In this document: positions 34,353-40,280 of the stretch, one piece after another | How the letters are laid out: every line of letters starts with the position of its first letter | Position numbering within the stretch: the stretch's first letter is position 1 | IMG/VR virus record: IMGVR_UViG_3300031215_000011 | Span: 1 to 64,000 of that record | Strand: one strand, 5' to 3' | DNA from: a virus | Length of the DNA: 64,000 nt | Made by a program: the position numbers and the translations under genes | Notes under the pieces: model-generated | What the model saw: only the letters and a program-made list of their open reading frames with translations | Told to the model about the DNA's origin: nothing | Database searches by the model: none

Positions 34353-34604
34353 ATGGAACAATTACCAATGGCAGTTCTTACCAATAAGGACAAAATGGAT
34401 ATAGCTGAATACATCTACTCCTATGAATCCGATATACTAATAATAGCAGATGCGGAGAATGTAGTTGAGATGCTAAAGAGGCATAAAGTGGATACCTCAG
34501 CGGTTAATATCGAAACGGAAGAGATAAGGAAGCTTATTGATACTCATGTGAGCACGGAAGTTCAAGCAGAGATTATGGTTCAATATTACAAAGGGGGAAT
34601 TTAA
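34353..34604 (+). CDS. hypothetical protein
   Basis: 83-aa ORF. Confidence 0.55.
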   Translation: MEQLPMAVLTNKDKMDIAEYIYSYESDILIIADAENVVEMLKRHKVDTSAVNIETEEIRKLIDTHVSTEVQAEIMVQYYKGGI

Positions 34605-34605
34605 T

Positions 34606-35094
34606 ATGGAAGAAGTGTACAAAGGTTATATAGTTAAAGGCTCAAGCAAGCTAGATAGAAATGCCAAGAAAAAGAAAATTGACATGGGAGATTGTGCAGG
34701 GTTCAAGTATGCAGAACCTAATCAAGCCAAAGTAATAGACTTACTACAGGATTTCGTCATGGAACACCCTGAGGAATCGAATCTCTTGGCTCTCTCAGAG
34801 AAGCTACAGGCGTTCTTTAGTGAAAAGCTATATGTTTACCCCAAAGAGGACTTTATTGATTGGCAGGGGGACGATATTGACGTATTAAGCGAGGCTCAGT
34901 TAGCTATAAAGCTGTTAGCTGCTAACTACTCAGAGATTGCCTCTATATGGAGGACTGAGTTCAACGAAACTTTGGCTGATATAGGAGGATACCCTGAGCC
35001 TGAGGGAATGTTGGATGCTCAGAAATTTGAGTGGTTGCAACAGAACTTCGGAAATATAACATTGGAGCAGTTGGAGGCCCTTACAGAAAAATAA
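34606..35094 (+). CDS. hypothetical protein
   Basis: 162-aa acidic ORF. Confidence 0.6.
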   Translation: MEEVYKGYIVKGSSKLDRNAKKKKIDMGDCAGFKYAEPNQAKVIDLLQDFVMEHPEESNLLALSEKLQAFFSEKLYVYPKEDFIDWQGDDIDVLSEAQLAIKLLAANYSEIASIWRTEFNETLADIGGYPEPEGMLDAQKFEWLQQNFGNITLEQLEALTEK

Positions 35095-35111
35095 TTCAAT
35101 AAATGCTCACA

Positions 35112-35147
35112 AAAATTTTGTAGAACTCCAAAACTTTCTTATCTTTG
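35112..35147 (+). promoter_or_regulatory. Strong phage promoter cassette (identical copy 3 of 4)
   Basis: 36/36 identity. The flanks (aattcaataaatg..., ...cttgtatagaaaccacataaa) are also shared with other copies. Confidence 0.8.
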
Positions 35148-35178
35148 CTTGTATAGAAACCACATAAATTTAGAAAGT

Positions 35179-35676
35179 ATGAGTTCATTCACCTGTAGTG
35201 CCAAGCACTTCAATTCAGTATCAAAAGCCTTACAAGAAGAGGCTTGGATGAGATTAAATTGCCCCTCTTCGTTGAAAGATATTACTCCCAAGTTTTACAA
35301 CAAAAGAGATTACCCAAGTTACGAGGTAAAGGAGGAGATAGACAATATGGTAACTAACCTAGCTAAACTCAACGCTACTTGCGTTACGCTACAGTACGCA
35401 CATCATTATAAGGACGTAGAGGCTGAGTTGGCTCAGTCGATTGAGGAGGCTACCGAGAATACAGATGTAAAAGGGTTAACTCGTTTAGGTTTATACCACG
35501 GGTTACGCTGTATATACTACCAATGCGAAACACACCACTTGTCATCGGATGAGAGGGTTCCTACCAAGAATGAGCAAGAGGCAGAAATATTCTTAACTGA
35601 GATCATGAACGTATTGGCTCACAACTTAGTTGAGGGGATGCCTGCAGATAGCAGTAATGGATGGAGTATAGATTAA
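35179..35676 (+). CDS. hypothetical protein
   Basis: The ATG at 35179 is preferred because 35149 lies in the conserved leader shared with the 37541-37571 leader. Confidence 0.6.
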   Translation: MSSFTCSAKHFNSVSKALQEEAWMRLNCPSSLKDITPKFYNKRDYPSYEVKEEIDNMVTNLAKLNATCVTLQYAHHYKDVEAELAQSIEEATENTDVKGLTRLGLYHGLRCIYYQCETHHLSSDERVPTKNEQEAEIFLTEIMNVLAHNLVEGMPADSSNGWSID

Positions 35677-35684
35677 TAACCAAG

Positions 35685-35740
35685 AGGAGCGATAAGAGTA
35701 AAAGCCGACTAGAGATGCTAAGAACTCCGCTCCTTCTTTT
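35685..35740 (+). terminator. possible terminator hairpin
   Basis: aggagcg ... cgctcct with a large loop, then tctttt. Weak. Confidence 0.35.
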
Positions 35741-35752
35741 AAACCACATAGG

Positions 35753-36442
35753 ATGAAATTATTTGGAGATTTTCACAAAGTAGTAGGGCAACCCAACCAA
35801 AGGGAGGCGCTACAGCACGCAGTAGTAGAACGAGGGGCGATGGTCGCTACCGATGGTCACGTATTAACCGTGGTCGATATTAGGCTATGGTTGGATGTTC
35901 ACGATAAGTACGACAACCCTGACGGGCTTCAAAGATTGGAGTATCAATTGAAGAATGTAGAAGGTAAATGCTTCCATAGGGATTTGCTTAAAAAGATGGC
36001 TTTAACCAAGTGGAAGGAATTGTACTTCGATGAGTATGGAGTAACCTTCATTGATAAAAAGGATAAGGAGGAGTTTGAACACTACTCAGGCGAAGCGGTT
36101 CAGCTACTAGATAATGGTACAGTTGATTACAAGATGTGGGAGGCAGGAGAAGAAGAAGGGGATATAAAGATTAGCGAGGAAAGATTTTGGCGTTACCCTA
36201 ATTGGAGAGCCATTATGCCAAACAGAGCAGATTCTTTTCCCATGGAGAAATTTGGAGTGGATACTTCTTTGATAATGATAGCATCTAATTGTTTCAACTC
36301 TTCTAGTGATAGCATGAAGTTTACTTTGACAGGATTGCACAAGGCTATAATGGTGGACCCTTTAGATGCAAGCGATTGTATTAATCCAAGGTCTAGGCAG
36401 TGCGAACAGTACGGTATAGTCATGCCTGTAATGCTCAAATAA
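35753..36442 (+). CDS. hypothetical protein with sliding-clamp-like motif
   Basis: 229 aa. GAMVATDGHVLTVVD resembles the DnaN motif VATDGHRLAV. Otherwise unassigned. Confidence 0.55.
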   Translation: MKLFGDFHKVVGQPNQREALQHAVVERGAMVATDGHVLTVVDIRLWLDVHDKYDNPDGLQRLEYQLKNVEGKCFHRDLLKKMALTKWKELYFDEYGVTFIDKKDKEEFEHYSGEAVQLLDNGTVDYKMWEAGEEEGDIKISEERFWRYPNWRAIMPNRADSFPMEKFGVDTSLIMIASNCFNSSSDSMKFTLTGLHKAIMVDPLDASDCINPRSRQCEQYGIVMPVMLK

Positions 36443-36732
36443 TGGGATTACCTTGCATGAAAAAACCCTGTTCCGATTGCCCTATGAGAAAAGACAGTCT
36501 CAAAAGGCGGTTGGGTAAAGACCGGATTACTGAGATAGTAAATAGCGGTTCCTTCGTTTGTCATAAGGACAAATCCAAACAATGTGCAGGGCATATGCTA
36601 CTGAGGAGGCACAAGAACGAGTTTTACGCTCTTGCGGATGCGCTATACTGTATTAGCAATGGGATTGAGTTGGTAGGACATGAATTAGTTTTTGATACTA
36701 CTGAGGATTGTATAATTCACCATAGTAATTGA
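36442..36732 (+). CDS. hypothetical Cys-rich (zinc-binding?) protein
   Basis: PCSDCPMRKDS ... FVCHKD ... CAGH. TAATG-coupled start at 36442. Confidence 0.55.
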   Translation: MGLPCMKKPCSDCPMRKDSLKRRLGKDRITEIVNSGSFVCHKDKSKQCAGHMLLRRHKNEFYALADALYCISNGIELVGHELVFDTTEDCIIHHSN

Positions 36733-36800
36733 GCAGAATAATAACTATATTTGCAGAATAAGCGTATTAACCTCGGGGCAATACCGACTATAGTTACAGA

Positions 36801-37007
36801 ATGACGATAATTAAATTAGTAAGTGAGTACCTTGAGGAGTACCGGAAAGAGCAGAAGCATAACAAAACAGTATGCTCAGAAAAGTTAGGAGTGAGTGTTA
36901 CCTACTACAATCAAATGATTGAAGGGATGGCTAACCCTAGCTTAAAAGTTATTTTGGCAGTTATTCAGTACACGGGGGTCGAAATATTAATCCACAGAAA
37001 AGTATGA
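36801..37007 (+). CDS. XRE/Cro-like helix-turn-helix regulator
   Basis: 68 aa. VCSEKLGVSVTYYNQMIEGMANPSLKVILAV is a typical HTH_XRE. TATATTTG box at 36747-36754 upstream. Confidence 0.6.
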   Translation: MTIIKLVSEYLEEYRKEQKHNKTVCSEKLGVSVTYYNQMIEGMANPSLKVILAVIQYTGVEILIHRKV

Positions 37008-37056
37008 AGATTGAAGATTTAGAATTAATCCTATTGGATGCTAATGCAAATACGAT

Positions 37057-37206
37057 ATGAGAGATGTTTACATGAGGTTTTACGAGGCTGATTTAGGCAG
37101 TTCTTATGAGAGTTTTGAGCGTAGTCTACATAAATCCAAACCTCCGAATTTTGAGTGGCTGTTATGGCTTCTTTTGCTTGCTCTCTTATTGTGGGGGTTC
37201 TTTTAA
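37057..37206 (+). CDS. possible 49-aa tail-anchored membrane peptide
   Basis: MRDVYMRFYEADLGSSYESFERSLHKSKPPNFEWLLWLLLLALLLWGFF. It is below the ORF-track cutoff and chained by ATGA overlaps to a 17-codon ORF at 37004. Confidence 0.3.
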   Translation: MRDVYMRFYEADLGSSYESFERSLHKSKPPNFEWLLWLLLLALLLWGFF

Positions 37207-37248
37207 TTAGTTTAGTTATCTTTGGTCAAACTTCCAACTTAAAAACAA

Positions 37249-37491
37249 ATGATAGCTATTTATTTTTGTCTCAATTTATTCTGCTTAGGCGCTTTGTTCG
37301 GTATAGCTTTATCGGATAGCATAGAGTGGAGAGATCAAGCTAAATGGAAGCTAATCCTGATTACCGTATCGGGGTTAGCTTTCGGTTTTATTATATCCTT
37401 GGGTGCGCTACTTTACGAGTATCTCTTATCTAAGAGGCAGAAAAAGTTTAAAGGCACTCAGGAGTTTGATATAAATGTTTACGGAAATTAG
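37249..37491 (+). CDS. small membrane protein (2 TM)
   Basis: 80 aa with two hydrophobic helices. TATCTTTG box at about 37219-37226. Confidence 0.55.
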   Translation: MIAIYFCLNLFCLGALFGIALSDSIEWRDQAKWKLILITVSGLAFGFIISLGALLYEYLLSKRQKKFKGTQEFDINVYGN

Positions 37492-37505
37492 AAAATAATT
37501 TCACA

Positions 37506-37541
37506 AAAATTTTGTAGAACTCCAAAACTTTCTTATCTTTG
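37506..37541 (+). promoter_or_regulatory. Strong phage promoter cassette (identical copy 4 of 4)
   Basis: 36/36 identity. The leader is identical to that of the 35112 copy for a further ~25 nt. Confidence 0.8.
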
Positions 37542-37571
37542 CTTGTATAGAAACCACATAAACTATAAAGC

Positions 37572-37961
37572 ATGGAGACTAAATTAGGAACATTAAAAGC
37601 AGCAGACGCAGAAAAGCTAGGTCGTAAAGGATTAAGCTGCGATGTTTATCGAAGCGACGGGCAGGATTGTACTGCTAATGGCATCAGCGCAAATAACAGA
37701 AGCTTGATTTGCATATTCACTCCCAAGGGTAGGGATGTAGCAGGCCCATTTAAGTACCAAGATGACGGGCATGAGGATTGTTTAGTATTATTCGAGGCTA
37801 TGACAGGCAATCCTAACATGAGGCATTGGAGAGCAGTACCGAAAAAATTCATTGACAAGGGTATCAATCATTTCATGTTCGGGGGAAATTTCGTTTACAG
37901 TTCGGATAGCAGATTCCCCTCAAGGTCTCCAATTAAGATTTTTGATAGAGTAGAACGCTAG
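37572..37961 (+). CDS. hypothetical protein
   Basis: 129-aa ORF. Confidence 0.6.
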   Translation: METKLGTLKAADAEKLGRKGLSCDVYRSDGQDCTANGISANNRSLICIFTPKGRDVAGPFKYQDDGHEDCLVLFEAMTGNPNMRHWRAVPKKFIDKGINHFMFGGNFVYSSDSRFPSRSPIKIFDRVER

Positions 37962-37964
37962 GTT

Positions 37965-38714
37965 ATGAAGGAATTTCCAATAAACGGTAAAGTAGTTATA
38001 TACGGTGTAGCTAGTCAATCAGTAAGCCATCTTGTTAATTTCTTAGCACTCAGTAAGGAGTGTAGTACCCCTATAGAGCCTAGGCATCATTACGTAGCTT
38101 GGAACAATATTTCTTTTTGGGGATTAGTAGGGGAAGGTAGTAAGCCTGCGGTAAAGTGGGACGATATTAGACACCATCTTGTCGATTCAGATATTTATAC
38201 TATTGCCCCTTCATACTTGGAGGTTGAGTTCAGGCAGGCCTTTCCCGAGAGAGGGTACTTGTACTTGCCTCATATAACCAATGAAAAATTAGATATTTTA
38301 AAGAAGTGCGATTTAGCTGCTATTTTGGGGCTGAAGGGTAGGGGATTAGATTATAACGATGATGAACATCTTTTAGTATGGGAGGAGGGTTTTATTTGGA
38401 CTACTAATACCCCTATAAATGTTAAAAAACAAACAGAACCGAATCTGATAATAGATTATATTAATTTTAAACTAGGAAAGCATGGAAAACATGACAAAAA
38501 CGGTGGCTCTGTTAACAGCCGTAGCGATAATGAATCAATCTCCTCAAGAAGAAGAGGCGAACGACATGAAGTACAAATTGGTGGATGCTCAGAGGGACTT
38601 AGAGCGATCAATAGACAAAGGAAACGACGAAGTATCCAAATTGGAAAGGGAGTACCCAACGAAGGTGAGGGACTACGTGTTGGGAGGCGAGTTGCAAGAC
38701 TTGTTAGATTATAA
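37965..38714 (+). CDS. hypothetical protein (C-terminal ~75 aa compositionally aberrant)
   Basis: 249-aa ORF. The R/G-rich tail overlaps the next ORF out of frame. Confidence 0.5.
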   Translation: MKEFPINGKVVIYGVASQSVSHLVNFLALSKECSTPIEPRHHYVAWNNISFWGLVGEGSKPAVKWDDIRHHLVDSDIYTIAPSYLEVEFRQAFPERGYLYLPHITNEKLDILKKCDLAAILGLKGRGLDYNDDEHLLVWEEGFIWTTNTPINVKKQTEPNLIIDYINFKLGKHGKHDKNGGSVNSRSDNESISSRRRGERHEVQIGGCSEGLRAINRQRKRRSIQIGKGVPNEGEGLRVGRRVARLVRL

Positions 38715-38796
38715 GAAATCACTCAAGGCCAAGAAAGCTGATGTAGCTACTTTAGAGGCTATGATGGTTGAGTTATTCCCACAAGAAGCCGAATAA
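38482..38796 (+). CDS. hypothetical coiled-coil protein
   Basis: 104 aa, K/E-rich like typical phage coding sequence. Overlaps 37965..38714 by 233 nt in another frame. The start is uncertain. Confidence 0.5.
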   Translation: MENMTKTVALLTAVAIMNQSPQEEEANDMKYKLVDAQRDLERSIDKGNDEVSKLEREYPTKVRDYVLGGELQDLLDYKKSLKAKKADVATLEAMMVELFPQEAE

Positions 38797-38821
38797 TTAT
38801 CATTGACCAATTAATCGAGAG

Positions 38822-38853
38822 AACCGAAGTTTAACCGCTTCGGTTTTTTTTTT
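38822..38853 (+). terminator. Rho-independent terminator
   Basis: aaccgaag-N8-cttcggtt followed by a T10 run. Confidence 0.85.
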
Positions 38854-38856
38854 GTA

Positions 38857-38893
38857 AAAAATTTGTGAGAACTCCAAAACTTTCTTATCTTTG
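38857..38893 (+). promoter_or_regulatory. Phage promoter family copy
   Basis: aaaatttgtgagaactccaaaactttcttatctttg. AAACCAC lies in the leader. Confidence 0.75.
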
Positions 38894-38916
38894 ATGTGTA
38901 TTAAAAACCACATGAT

Positions 38917-39141
38917 ATGAAATTTACACAAGAAGATTACGAAAGCATAATGAAGTTCCAATTAAAGCAAGCACTAGCAGATGTGTTTGGAACTACCTTA
39001 GATCAAGGTTTGCACCAAGAAGATTTTAAAACTCTATTAGAGGAATTTGAAATAGTAGATACAGAAGGGGAGATTATAACTCCTGAGCAGTATTTAGAAT
39101 TAGCTGAGGCGTTAGAACCATTTATTATTATCGAGAAATAA
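38917..39141 (+). CDS. hypothetical small acidic protein
   Basis: 74-aa ORF. Confidence 0.55.
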   Translation: MKFTQEDYESIMKFQLKQALADVFGTTLDQGLHQEDFKTLLEEFEIVDTEGEIITPEQYLELAEALEPFIIIEK

Positions 39142-39159
39142 CCACTAAAAAGAAAAGCG

Positions 39160-39411
39160 ATGAATTTTGAAAAAAGAACGGCAATAAGCCTAAGCGAGAT
39201 TAAAAAGCAAATAGAACACGGTAACCTGAGTGAGGGGTTAGAATCCATTGATAAATTATGGCAAGTGATGGGTCGATTAGGTAAAAATAAGGAGGCTATT
39301 ACTGTTGGAGAAGGTTTACATGGAACAGAGGTAATAAAAAAAGCCCACGAAGAGAATCGTATCATATTAGGCTCTCACTTAGATTTACACGAAATAATTT
39401 TAGCTAAATAA
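39160..39411 (+). CDS. hypothetical protein
   Basis: 83-aa ORF. Confidence 0.55.
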   Translation: MNFEKRTAISLSEIKKQIEHGNLSEGLESIDKLWQVMGRLGKNKEAITVGEGLHGTEVIKKAHEENRIILGSHLDLHEIILAK

Positions 39412-39412
39412 G

Positions 39413-39655
39413 ATGGACAGCGTAACACTAATATTCAGGACAGATTCTTGGCATACCAACAGTTCAAAAGAACTGATTGGAGTAGCTACACTTGATGAGC
39501 ATAAAATGACCATCTTACATACGGCTGCGAGAGTTGATAAAGTAAAATTCAGTAAGGACGATTATTACAACCTTGAGAGTATAAGCCAAACTCAGGGTTA
39601 TGCAGGAGAAGGCGAGTTCGTTATTGAAGAAGTAGAAACCGATAAATTTTTATAA
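39413..39655 (+). CDS. hypothetical protein
   Basis: 80-aa ORF. Confidence 0.55.
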   Translation: MDSVTLIFRTDSWHTNSSKELIGVATLDEHKMTILHTAARVDKVKFSKDDYYNLESISQTQGYAGEGEFVIEEVETDKFL

Positions 39656-39656
39656 G

Positions 39657-39983
39657 ATGAAGAAGGTAACCAAAAAAGCGCAACAAGACTTATTGAAAGA
39701 TAAGTTAAGAACAAGCAGAAAATGGGCTATCCAAGGTCTTATGAGGATTTACGAATTTCAGTCTCCTGCAGAACAAAGCACTAGGAATACCATTGAGATA
39801 AATGGAGCAGGTTTCACGGCTTTTGATGCTGAGATACTAACTTCCTTAGCGATGCAATGGAAAGGCTCTCAGAGTTTGTCTGAGAAGCAATGGGAGTTAG
39901 TTTTAGGTAAGATGCCGAAGTATTGGAGGCAGCTTTTAGAAATAAGCGATAAAGAGAAATTAAATAAACTGATAGCAGCATGA
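39657..39983 (+). CDS. hypothetical protein
   Basis: 108-aa ORF. Confidence 0.55.
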   Translation: MKKVTKKAQQDLLKDKLRTSRKWAIQGLMRIYEFQSPAEQSTRNTIEINGAGFTAFDAEILTSLAMQWKGSQSLSEKQWELVLGKMPKYWRQLLEISDKEKLNKLIAA

Positions 39984-40192
39984 GCGAATACAGCAAATTA
40001 GAACAGCGAGTGGTAAGTATTGATAAGCCCCTACTTAGGGAGCAGAAACAGTTTTTACTTAATCTGAGGCCATCTAGTGTGGTTACAGCATCCGATATGG
40101 ATTACATTGAGGGGTTAATATCCTTGGTGGATTCTCTACAGGATGGGATGGTAGAAGATTTAGGTATGTCAGAAGATGAAGTATTCGCATAG
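39980..40192 (+). CDS. hypothetical small acidic protein
   Basis: 70-aa ORF with ATGA coupling. Confidence 0.5.
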   Translation: MSEYSKLEQRVVSIDKPLLREQKQFLLNLRPSSVVTASDMDYIEGLISLVDSLQDGMVEDLGMSEDEVFA

Positions 40193-40280
40193 TGTGATAG
40201 GGAATTAGTATTTTTACACTCCCTTGTTATTGGAAAGCCCGATAAGTTTTGTATTTTTACAACTCTTAAAGGGCTTTTTT

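Noticed and set aside
36801-37007. XRE-type HTH as evidence of a lysogeny module
   Set aside because: No integrase, excisionase, CI-sized repressor or attP-like feature is in the window. A single Cro-like protein is insufficient to call the phage temperate.
38424-38430. A-run (AAAAAAC) as a slippery site linking ORFs 37965 and 38482
   Set aside because: It is in the wrong phase for X_XXY_YYZ. A -1 slip enters a different frame from ORF 38482, and the ORF 38482 frame has a stop at 38473-38475 downstream of the A-run.
31810-38893. Repeated identical 36-nt elements considered as a CRISPR-like or MITE-like array
   Set aside because: Spacing is 1.4-2.4 kb with genes in between. The elements match a -33/-7 promoter and always precede an ORF by 25-40 nt. 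No terminal inverted repeats or target-site duplications are present.
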